From: an uncultured Eubacteriales bacterium
Lineage (GTDB): Bacteria; Bacillota; Clostridia; Oscillospirales; Acutalibacteraceae
Assembly: GCA_964474295.1 (NCBI GenBank)
Contig: CAYYRN010000004.1
Span: 641-64,640, forward strand
Direction of reading: 5' to 3'
DNA: 64,000 nt
Shown: in pieces, positions 52,999 to 60,763 of the stretch
Layout of the letters: each line of letters starts with the position of its first letter
Numbering within the stretch: position 1 is the first letter of the stretch
Program-made: the position numbers and the translations under genes
Notes under the pieces: generated by a model
What the model saw: the letters and a program-made list of their open reading frames with translations, nothing else
What the model was told of the DNA's origin: nothing
Databases searched by the model: none

Positions 52999-54861
52999 TT
53001 GTATATACCTTATAATTCAAGAAAAGACTATCACAAAAGTAAATTCGGTGCTGTCGAGGAAGGAACACCTGTTGTGTTCAGAATCGTTATGCCCAGAAAT
53101 TTTTCCGTAAGTGCCGCTTACCTTGTAATTCGTGAAGAATTCAGCCGTGAAAAGCAGCAGCTTTCCATGCAATGGGATTGTATGCAAGGCGATTCGGAAG
53201 AATGGTGGAAAATCGAATTTACACCCGAAAGCGAAGGCTTATATTTTTATCATTTTGAATATGACACTCCTTTCGGAAGGAGTGTCATTCTTCTTGAAAA
53301 GAACGGCTTCGGAACGCTCAATTCATCAGGAAAAGATTGGCAAATGACGGTTTACGAAAAAGGCTTTACCGCGCCGGATAAATTCAAGGGTGGCATAATT
53401 TATCAAATTTTCCCCGACAGATTTGCTTTTTCGGGAAAAGTCAAGAAGAATGTGCCGAGCAACAGGGTGCTGAGATGCGACCGTGAAAATGAGCCTTACT
53501 GGAAACCGAACGAGAAAGGGATTACTCTCAACAATGATTTTTTCGGCGGAGATCTCGAAGGCATAAGAAAGAAGCTTCCGTACCTCAAATCGCTCAATGT
53601 TACTTGCATTTACCTGAATCCGATTTTCAGGGCAAATTCAAACCACCGTTACGACACCGGTGATTATCTTTCCGTAGACCCCTTGCTCGGTGACGAAAAG
53701 GATTTTAAAAACCTTTGCCGTGATGCAAAAAAAGAGGGAATCTCAATAATACTTGACGGTGTTTTCAGTCATACGGGTGATGACAGCGTTTATTTTAACA
53801 AATATTCAAATTATTCTTCGCTCGGTGCATATCAATCAAAAAATTCGCCATATTATAATTGGTACAAATTCCGTTCATTCCCCGATGATTACGAGTGTTG
53901 GTGGGGAATTAAAATTTTGCCCGAAGTGACGGAGGAAAATGAAGATTTTCTTCGCTTCATAACGGGTGAAAACGGCGTTTTGAGAAAATGGATGAGGCTC
54001 GGTGCGGACGGCTGGAGGCTTGATGTTGCCGATGAGCTGCCCGATGTTTTTCTTGACAGGCTGAGATGTGCCGTCAAGGAGGAAAAAGAAGATGCGCTGA
54101 TTCTCGGTGAAGTGTGGGAAGATGCTTCAAACAAGGTAAGCTATTCGGTAAGAAGAAGATATCTTTTAGGGAAACAGCTCGACAGTGTTATGAACTATCC
54201 TTTTGCCGAAGCAATTATAAGGTTTGTAAGAACGGGCGACACATCATCGTTCGGTGAAAGTATAATGACCGTGTTGGAAAATTATCCGAAAACGGTTGTT
54301 GATGTTTTGATGAATCACATAGGTTCTCACGATACTATGAGGATAATAAACGCCCTTGCGGGCGAGAGTCTTGCAAACAAATCCCGTGACTGGCAGTCGG
54401 GAAGAAAATTGAGCAAAGAAGACTATGCAAAGGGTATTCGTCTTGTAAAGCTGGCATCGGTAATTCAGTTTACTTTACCAGGAATACCGTCAATTTATTA
54501 CGGCGACGAAATCGGTATGCAGGGGTATGCAGACCCGTTTAACAGAGCTTGCTTTATCGAAGAAAATGCAGAAGAATCTTTGCTTGAGCATTACAGAAAG
54601 CTCGGCAAAATAAGAACGGAAAACTCTTGCTTTAAAGAGGGTAGTTTTAAAATATTAAGCTGCGAAAGAGCCTGCATAGCTTATGTAAGGCAGGATGAAA
54701 GCAGTGCCGTTCTTGTAATTGTAAACAGAAACGAAACGGAAATAGACTATTATTTGAATGAGGAATGGCATTTCGGTGAAGTGATTTTCGGTGCGGAAGA
54801 ATGTTCACGTTTTGTAAAAATTCCCGCATTGAGCAGTGTTATGATAAAAATAAGGAAATGA
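52999..54861 (+). CDS. glycoside hydrolase family 13 enzyme (neopullulanase/cyclomaltodextrinase/alpha-amylase type, cytoplasmic)
   Basis: GH13 conserved regions DGVFSHT, GADGWRLDVADE, LGEVWED, NHIGSHD. It has an N-terminal Ig-like amylase domain and no signal peptide or dockerin. Confidence 0.85.
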   Translation: MYIPYNSRKDYHKSKFGAVEEGTPVVFRIVMPRNFSVSAAYLVIREEFSREKQQLSMQWDCMQGDSEEWWKIEFTPESEGLYFYHFEYDTPFGRSVILLEKNGFGTLNSSGKDWQMTVYEKGFTAPDKFKGGIIYQIFPDRFAFSGKVKKNVPSNRVLRCDRENEPYWKPNEKGITLNNDFFGGDLEGIRKKLPYLKSLNVTCIYLNPIFRANSNHRYDTGDYLSVDPLLGDEKDFKNLCRDAKKEGISIILDGVFSHTGDDSVYFNKYSNYSSLGAYQSKNSPYYNWYKFRSFPDDYECWWGIKILPEVTEENEDFLRFITGENGVLRKWMRLGADGWRLDVADELPDVFLDRLRCAVKEEKEDALILGEVWEDASNKVSYSVRRRYLLGKQLDSVMNYPFAEAIIRFVRTGDTSSFGESIMTVLENYPKTVVDVLMNHIGSHDTMRIINALAGESLANKSRDWQSGRKLSKEDYAKGIRLVKLASVIQFTLPGIPSIYYGDEIGMQGYADPFNRACFIEENAEESLLEHYRKLGKIRTENSCFKEGSFKILSCERACIAYVRQDESSAVLVIVNRNETEIDYYLNEEWHFGEVIFGAEECSRFVKIPALSSVMIKIRK

Positions 54862-54867
54862 TTGTAA

Positions 54868-54896
54868 TTGACAGAATCCGTCATTTAGTGTATAAT
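54868..54896 (+). promoter_or_regulatory. promoter of tarI-tarJ-tarL-like-dnaA-maf: TTGACA-17-TATAAT
   Basis: -35 at 54868-54873, -10 at 54891-54896. No comparable match and no terminator were seen between here and 59819. Confidence 0.65.
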
Positions 54897-54936
54897 AAAT
54901 ACCCCTTAATTCAGGGCAGTGAAAGGATTTGATGCT

Positions 54937-55644
54937 ATGAATATTGCGGTGATTCTTGCAGGCGGTACGGGAAGCCGAATGGGTATGGTTGACAGACCTA
55001 AGCAGTTCATTGACATTTACGGAAAACCGGTTGTCATTCACACAATCGAAGCCTTTGAAATCAATGAAAGTATAGATGCGATTTGCGTTATATGCACAAA
55101 AGAGTGGCAGGAGGATTTGTCACTTTGGCTTAAAGAGTACGATATCCGCAAGGTGCGTTGGATTGGTGATGCGGGAAAAACACGTCAGGAATCTTCCTTA
55201 AACGCACTCAACGCAATAAAAAATGATGTCGGCGGGGATGATATTATTATTATTCACGATTCGGCACGTCCGCTTATTTCACAGCGAATTATCAATGAAA
55301 ACATCGAAAAAGTAAAAGAATACGGTGCTTGCGATACTGTAATTCCGGCGCAGGATACAATTATCCGTTCTCTTAACGGCGAATATCTGGAATCAATACC
55401 GGCAAGACGTGAGCTTTATCTCGGTCAAACGCCGCAGTCTTTTAAGTATTCTATTGTCAGAAAGGCTTATGACGATTATTTTTCTCTGCCCGAAAACGAA
55501 CGTCCCGTGATGACGGATGACTGCGGACTTGTTCTTGCAAGCGGAGTAAAAATCGGTATGGCAATGGGCGATAAGCTCAATATGAAGATGACAACGATGG
55601 AGGATTTGCTCTTAATAAAATCGATTGTCAGAACTTCGAGGTGA
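54937..55644 (+). CDS. tarI: D-ribitol-5-phosphate cytidylyltransferase (IspD/TarI family)
   Basis: MNIAVILAGGTGSRMG...PKQFIDIYGKPVVIHT. Assigned to TarI rather than IspD because a TarJ homologue follows directly. Confidence 0.75.
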   Translation: MNIAVILAGGTGSRMGMVDRPKQFIDIYGKPVVIHTIEAFEINESIDAICVICTKEWQEDLSLWLKEYDIRKVRWIGDAGKTRQESSLNALNAIKNDVGGDDIIIIHDSARPLISQRIINENIEKVKEYGACDTVIPAQDTIIRSLNGEYLESIPARRELYLGQTPQSFKYSIVRKAYDDYFSLPENERPVMTDDCGLVLASGVKIGMAMGDKLNMKMTTMEDLLLIKSIVRTSR

Positions 55645-55650
55645 CGGCAG

Positions 55651-56691
55651 TTGTTTGTAAAAAGCTACAAAATAACGGAACCGAAACGCTTTGAAATTTT
55701 CGTTGAGGATATCAGCGAAGATAAAGTTTTGGTTCGACCGGAATATCTTGCAATTTGCAAAGCCGACATAAGGTATTACCTCGGCAACAGGGAAAGAACT
55801 GTGCTTAAAAGAAAATTTCCGATGAGCTTGGTGCATGAGGGCATAGGCACTGTTGCCCGTGACAGAAGCGGAAAATTCAAAGCAGGGCAGAAAGTTGTTA
55901 TGATACCCTGCGAAAAAGCCGAATGTGACGGGGGAAAATGTGCATCCTGCGTCAGAAATTTCGATTATCTCAAAGACAATTATTGCCCGAAATCAAAATT
56001 TCGCTCAAGCAATGCAGACGGCTTCAGCAAGGAAATGATTAATATCGATTCGGAGTATATTCTGCCGATACCTGACTCAATAGGTGTTGAAGCGGTGTTC
56101 TCGGAGTTGATTTCCGTTGCGTGCTGTGCTATGCGCAGGGCAGATTTGTGGAATAAAGATGTGAAAGAAATTTCTGTCTGGGGCGACGGAATAATGGGGT
56201 ATATCATCGCTCTTGTCGCACATTACGGACTTGGTGCCGATGTGAATGTTATAGGTGTCAGCCGTGAAAAGCTTAAAATGTTTAATTTTGCGAAAACCTT
56301 TTTGGCAAGCGATATCTCAAATCTTCCCCAAACGCAGGCGTGTATTGAAGCTGTAGGCGGGAATAATTCTTCCACTGCAATAAATCAGGCTATTGATGTT
56401 TGTTCGCCGGGAGGTTCGATTGTCCTCTGCGGTGTGGCGGGCGAGAATGTGCCTATTAATACCCGTATGGTGCTTGAAAAGGGACTTTCTCTGCTCGGAG
56501 CTACCCGTTCGGCTGTTTGCGATTTTGAAAAAGCGATAGAACTTCTGGAAAAAGATGAATTTAAAGAAAAAATCCTCAAGCTTGTTGAGGGTATAGATGT
56601 TGTGGATAATATAAGAAAGTATTATGAGGCCTTTGAAAACGCATCTCACTCGGATTCACTCGGTAAAAGAATCATAAAACTTATTTTTTAA
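55651..56691 (+). CDS. tarJ: ribulose-5-phosphate reductase (Zn-dependent MDR alcohol dehydrogenase, TarJ type)
   Basis: The N-terminus YKITEPKRFEIFVEDISEDKVLVRPEYLAICKADIRYYLGNRERTVLKRKFPMSLVHEGIGTV closely parallels staphylococcal TarJ as I remember it. TTG start after GAGGTGA. Confidence 0.75.
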   Translation: MFVKSYKITEPKRFEIFVEDISEDKVLVRPEYLAICKADIRYYLGNRERTVLKRKFPMSLVHEGIGTVARDRSGKFKAGQKVVMIPCEKAECDGGKCASCVRNFDYLKDNYCPKSKFRSSNADGFSKEMINIDSEYILPIPDSIGVEAVFSELISVACCAMRRADLWNKDVKEISVWGDGIMGYIIALVAHYGLGADVNVIGVSREKLKMFNFAKTFLASDISNLPQTQACIEAVGGNNSSTAINQAIDVCSPGGSIVLCGVAGENVPINTRMVLEKGLSLLGATRSAVCDFEKAIELLEKDEFKEKILKLVEGIDVVDNIRKYYEAFENASHSDSLGKRIIKLIF

Positions 56692-56696
56692 AGAGA

Positions 56697-57911
56697 GTGA
56701 TAAACACGAAGACTTTTGCAAAACGGTTAAAAAATTTTATAAAGACACATATTAAAAAGTTTCTTTTCAAAAAATTTACGCCGCTTGTTTTCAAATTCTA
56801 TTCACATAAGCCGATAAACGAAAAACTTGTGGTCTTTGCAGATTCTTCCGCCGTTATTCTTCCCGACAATATGACCGATATTTATGAAAGGCTCAATGCC
56901 TTGGGCTACGAAACAAGAGTGTTTCTAAAACGCAAAACATCAAAAAAATGGTATAAGGATAAGCTGTACGAAATTGCAAATTCGTTCAGGTTTACAAAAT
57001 ATTATGCGGTATGCAGGTGCCTTATACTGACCGACTATTATTATTACGCTTATGCAAACAAACCGAGAAAGAATCAGCAGGTAATTCAGCTTTGGCACGG
57101 TTGCGGAGCGTTTAAAAAATGGGGCTACTCCACAGTGAATTTGGAGTGGGGAGCCGACAGAAAATCGCTTGAGGATTACCCGATTCATAACACGTACACT
57201 TACGTCACCGTGTCCTCAAGTAATGTTAAGAAGTATTATTCCGAAGCTTTCAATTGCGATGAGAGTATAATTTGTGCGGACGGAGTACCTCGGACGGATA
57301 AATATTTTGATAAAAGCTTTGTTGCTGCCGCCCGCAAAAAGGTTTTGGAAAAATATCCCGAAATCGGCAATAAAAAAATAATTCTTTATGCTCCGACTTT
57401 CAGGGGCGTTTCTAAGGGTAAGGCAAGCTTTACGCAGATGCTTGATTTTCTTTATTTAAAAAAACATCTCGGAAAAGAATATGTTTTTATCGTCAAGCTT
57501 CATCCGTTTGTAAAAAAAGGTATGAATATGAGCAATACGCTTTCGGAAATTTATTCGGGATTTGTTTATGATGTTTCAAAAACCGTTGCGATTGATGAGG
57601 CTATGTGTGCGGCAGATATGGTAATTACGGATTATTCGTCTTTGATATTCGAGTATGCGCTTCTTTTAAGACCTATGATTTTTTTTGCGTACGACCTTGA
57701 ACAGTATGACAGAGAAAGAAGCTTTTATTTCAATTATAAAGATTTTATCCCCGGTCAGGCGGTTTGCGACACGGAGGAGCTTTATTTAGCGATAAGAAAA
57801 AACGAAACTGATTTTGACAAAGAAAAGGTTAGAAAGTTCAGAGATTATTTTATGAGTGCTTGTGACGGAAAAAGCACAGACAGGATTATGAAAAGAATTT
57901 TTAGGGAGTGA
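56697..57911 (+). CDS. CDP-glycerol/CDP-ribitol:poly(alditol phosphate) phosphotransferase family protein (TagF/TarL/TarK-like)
   Basis: Family blocks QLWHGCGAFKKWGYS, ILYAPTFRG, ITDYSSLIFEYALL. The substrate (ribitol-P versus glycerol-P) is inferred from the tarIJ neighbours. Confidence 0.7.
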   Translation: MINTKTFAKRLKNFIKTHIKKFLFKKFTPLVFKFYSHKPINEKLVVFADSSAVILPDNMTDIYERLNALGYETRVFLKRKTSKKWYKDKLYEIANSFRFTKYYAVCRCLILTDYYYYAYANKPRKNQQVIQLWHGCGAFKKWGYSTVNLEWGADRKSLEDYPIHNTYTYVTVSSSNVKKYYSEAFNCDESIICADGVPRTDKYFDKSFVAAARKKVLEKYPEIGNKKIILYAPTFRGVSKGKASFTQMLDFLYLKKHLGKEYVFIVKLHPFVKKGMNMSNTLSEIYSGFVYDVSKTVAIDEAMCAADMVITDYSSLIFEYALLLRPMIFFAYDLEQYDRERSFYFNYKDFIPGQAVCDTEELYLAIRKNETDFDKEKVRKFRDYFMSACDGKSTDRIMKRIFRE

Positions 57912-57919
57912 TAACAGAT

Positions 57920-59245
57920 ATGGATTCGTTCAAAGCGTTGTTTGATGAAGTAAAGAAAGAAATACAGAAAAATTTGTCGGAGGCTGTCTATAACGTATGG
58001 TTTGAGGAGCTTGAATTTGTTTCGTTTGACGGCACAGCGATTACACTGTCTATCGGTGAATTTAAAAGGAAAATTATCGAGCAGAAGTTTATGCAGCTTT
58101 TGTCCGATTCGTTTGTAAAGGTTGCGGGCTTTGATGTTGAAATAAAATTTTCGGATTTAGGCACATCCAAAAGCCGTGAAGAAAGCGAAGAAATAAAAAC
58201 AAAGGAATTAAATTCCGAAAAGGAAAGCACGTTTGATAACTTTATCGTCGGCCCGTCCAACAAGTTCGCTCATGCGGCGGCTCTTGCGGTTTCCGTGAAT
58301 CCGGGAGCGGTAAGCGAATATAATCCTCTTTTCATTTGGGGCAATTCGGGACTCGGAAAAACTCACTTGTTAAAATCGATTGCAAATGAAATGCGAAAAA
58401 ACAGACCCGAAATGAACATTCTTTCAACGCACGGCGAAGCAATTACAAACGAGCTTATCGAGTGTATACAAAAAGGTAAAATGAACCAGTTCCACGATAA
58501 GTACAGAACCGTTGACCTTTTGCTGGTCGATGATGTTCAGTTTATAGCAGGCAAGGTTCAGACGGAAGAAGAATTTTTCCACACTTTTAATTCTCTCTAT
58601 AATGCGGGAAAGCAAATTGTTCTTACAAGTGACCGCCCGCCTAAAGATATGCCCACACTTGAAGAACGTCTGAGAACACGCTTTGAATGGGGACTTATTG
58701 CGGATATTCAACCGCCCGATTTGGAAACGAGAATGGCAATAATCAACAGAAAAGCGGAAAGTCTTAATCTTGTTATTCCCAATGAGGTTGTTTTATTTAT
58801 TGCGGAAAAAATAAAAAGCAATGTCAGACAGCTTGAATGTGCCGTTAAAAACATTGCGGCTTACATAAATATTTACGGCACGTCAACAGTCACGATAAAT
58901 ATTGCACAAAACGCAATTAAAGATATTTTCAACGAAAACAATCAGTCGCCTGAAGTTCTCAGCAAAAAAATCATTGAAGAAGTTGCAAGAAGCTTCAGCA
59001 TTGACGTCAATGAAATAACTTCAAAAAGGCAATATGCCGCCGCCACAAATTCAAGACAGGTAGCGATGTATATTATAAGCGAAATGACGGGCTTGCCCGC
59101 TAAAAAAATAGGCGAAAGCTTCAGCGGCAGAGATCACAGCACCGTGCTTTATTCCATAAGCAAGGTAAGAGCCGAAGTGAAGAAAAATTCTTCGCTGAAA
59201 AATACGATTGAGGATATTATGGAAAATGTCAGACAAAACGGATAA
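57920..59245 (+). CDS. dnaA: DnaA-family chromosomal replication initiator protein (full length, non-canonical genomic context)
   Basis: Domain I MDSFKALFDEVKKEIQKNLSEAVYNVWFEEL; FDNFIVGPSNKFAHAAA; Walker A GNSGLGKTHLL; Walker B LLLVDDVQF; SDRPP; LRTRFEWGL; domain IV RQVAMYIISEMTGL...IGESFSGRDHSTVLYSISKV. The ATG at 57920 lies 11 nt after GGGAG. Confidence 0.85.
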   Translation: MDSFKALFDEVKKEIQKNLSEAVYNVWFEELEFVSFDGTAITLSIGEFKRKIIEQKFMQLLSDSFVKVAGFDVEIKFSDLGTSKSREESEEIKTKELNSEKESTFDNFIVGPSNKFAHAAALAVSVNPGAVSEYNPLFIWGNSGLGKTHLLKSIANEMRKNRPEMNILSTHGEAITNELIECIQKGKMNQFHDKYRTVDLLLVDDVQFIAGKVQTEEEFFHTFNSLYNAGKQIVLTSDRPPKDMPTLEERLRTRFEWGLIADIQPPDLETRMAIINRKAESLNLVIPNEVVLFIAEKIKSNVRQLECAVKNIAAYINIYGTSTVTINIAQNAIKDIFNENNQSPEVLSKKIIEEVARSFSIDVNEITSKRQYAAATNSRQVAMYIISEMTGLPAKKIGESFSGRDHSTVLYSISKVRAEVKKNSSLKNTIEDIMENVRQNG

Positions 59246-59819
59246 CAAATCGAAAAAAATCATATTGGCGTCCGCTTCTCTGAGAAGATGTGAACTGTTA
59301 AAGCTTATTACGGAAGATTTTGACGTGATAAGCGCCGATGTTGACGAAACGCTCGAAAACGGTATTTCTCCCGAAGAAGCCGTAATATACCTGTCACGTA
59401 AAAAGGCGGCTGCGGTGTCGGAAAAAAACTGCGGCAGAATCGTAATCGGTGCGGACACGGTGGTTGTGTGTGGAGAAAAAATTTTAGGAAAGCCGCAGGA
59501 TGATGACGATGCTTTTTCAATGCTGGCAATGCTGTCCGGCAGAACACATCGTGTGCTTACGGGCGTCACGCTTACGGACGGAAAAAGAACGGAAAGCTTT
59601 TATGCGGAATCGGAAGTTACCTTTTGGAGCTTGAGCGAGGAAGAAATACGCTCATATATAAAAAGCGGTGAGGTCTGCGACAAAGCGGGAGCATACGCAA
59701 TACAGGGCAGGGGTGCTTTGCTTGTTGAGAAAATCACGGGCGATTATTTCAACATTGTGGGACTTCCCGTTTCCGCACTGAACAGAAAAATTAAAGAATT
59801 TAAAGCCGCCGATATGTAA
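59226..59819 (+). CDS. maf: Maf-family nucleoside triphosphate pyrophosphatase (septum formation protein Maf)
   Basis: IILASASLRRCELL, GADTVVV, GKP, AGAYAIQG, NIVGLP. The ATG at 59226 overlaps the dnaA 3' end by 20 nt (the track TTG at 59208 is also possible). Confidence 0.85.
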   Translation: MSDKTDNKSKKIILASASLRRCELLKLITEDFDVISADVDETLENGISPEEAVIYLSRKKAAAVSEKNCGRIVIGADTVVVCGEKILGKPQDDDDAFSMLAMLSGRTHRVLTGVTLTDGKRTESFYAESEVTFWSLSEEEIRSYIKSGEVCDKAGAYAIQGRGALLVEKITGDYFNIVGLPVSALNRKIKEFKAADM

Positions 59820-59888
59820 TGTTTTGTTTGTGTTTTGGGAAAAATAGTGAACGAATTAAAGTATTTTTGACATCAACGTCTAAAGTTG

Positions 59889-59917
59889 TTGACATTTATT
59901 GAAAATTTATGTATAAT
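59889..59917 (+). promoter_or_regulatory. mgtC promoter: TTGACA-17-TATAAT
   Basis: -35 at 59889-59894, -10 at 59912-59917. A second TTGACA lies at 59867-59872. Confidence 0.65.
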
Positions 59918-59936
59918 ATCATAAACTGAATATTTC

Positions 59937-59992
59937 CCGCATACAAATATTTTTGTTTACAAAAAGAAACCGTGTGCGGCATTAATTTTTTT
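59937..59992 (+). promoter_or_regulatory. structured mgtC leader: composite hairpin followed by a T7 run abutting the RBS
   Basis: Outer stem CCGCATAC (59937-59944) / GTGTGCGG (59972-59979, one G-U pair). Inner stem TTTTTG / CAAAAA. T-run at 59986-59992. Confidence 0.4.
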
Positions 59993-60000
59993 GGAGGGGA

Positions 60001-60702
60001 GTGAACAGCTTGGGAGCTGCTGTAATTAAAGAGATTTGTTCCTGGGAATGGGAATATATGCTTCGCCTTGTTGTTGCGTGTATGTGCGGTGCGTGTGTCG
60101 GCTTTGAAAGAAGCCGAAGGTTTAAAGATGCCGGTGTCAGAACTCATGTAATGGTTACTCTCGGTGCGGCGCTTGTTATGGTTGTTTCAAAGTACGGTTT
60201 TCAAGACGTGCAGGCTTTTGAAAACCTCAAGGTTGACGCATCCCGTATTGCGGCAAACGTTGTTTCCGGTGTCGGTTTCTTGGGCGCGGGCGTTATATTT
60301 TTTAAAGGCTCGTCAATTAAAGGTCTTACAACGGCTGCTGGTATTTGGACAACGGCAGGTATCGGTCTTGCACTCGGCAGTGGTATGTATTTCGTCGGAA
60401 TAATGTCAACCGTAATTGTCATAATAGCCCAGTTTTTCCTGCACCGTATTCTTAAAAGCGTGGATTCTTTTTCAACGAGCGAGTTGTCGGTAAGTCTTGA
60501 CAATGAGCCGGGAGCGATTGAAGAATTTAAGGCTATGCTTGAAAAGGAAAAGCTTGTAATTCAAACCTGTAAAATCATTAAAAACACAGAGGAAGGCACA
60601 ATTACTTTTAAAGCAACGGTCAGAGTTCCGCACGATATGGAGTTTGAAGATTTTATTAAAATCATAGAAAACAATCACAGAATTAAGTCAATCGAATTTT
60701 AA
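60001..60702 (+). CDS. mgtC: MgtC/SapB family membrane protein with C-terminal ACT-like domain
   Basis: LRLVVACMCGACVGFERSRRFKDAGVRTHVMVTLGAALVMVVSKYGF. The start is ambiguous: GTG at 60001 is too close to GGAGGGG, and the in-frame TTG at 60010 has better spacing. Confidence 0.8.
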   Translation: MNSLGAAVIKEICSWEWEYMLRLVVACMCGACVGFERSRRFKDAGVRTHVMVTLGAALVMVVSKYGFQDVQAFENLKVDASRIAANVVSGVGFLGAGVIFFKGSSIKGLTTAAGIWTTAGIGLALGSGMYFVGIMSTVIVIIAQFFLHRILKSVDSFSTSELSVSLDNEPGAIEEFKAMLEKEKLVIQTCKIIKNTEEGTITFKATVRVPHDMEFEDFIKIIENNHRIKSIEF

Positions 60703-60713
60703 ACAAAACAAAC

Positions 60714-60760
60714 AAAAAGAGCTGTAAAAAACTTGCGTTTTTTACAGCTCCGATTTTTTA
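60714..60760. terminator. bidirectional terminator between mgtC (+) and the ABC exporter genes (-)
   Basis: 14-bp stem GAGCTGTAAAAAAC (60719-60732) / GTTTTTTACAGCTC (60737-60750), with T-runs on both strands. Confidence 0.85.
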
Positions 60761-60763
60761 TTG

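Noticed and set aside
57912-60000. Possibility that the dnaA region is oriC.
   Set aside because: There is no AT-rich spacer upstream of dnaA (9 nt to the previous stop). No cluster of TTATCCACA-like boxes was visible in 59820-60000 or 54862-54936. Gene orientation does not switch here. This cannot be excluded without whole-genome GC skew, so it is kept as a refutation test in the finding.
59820-60000. M-box (ykoK) Mg2+ riboswitch upstream of mgtC.
   Set aside because: The transcribed leader is only about 80 nt, and I could not find the multi-helix M-box architecture of about 160 nt. Only a single composite hairpin is present.
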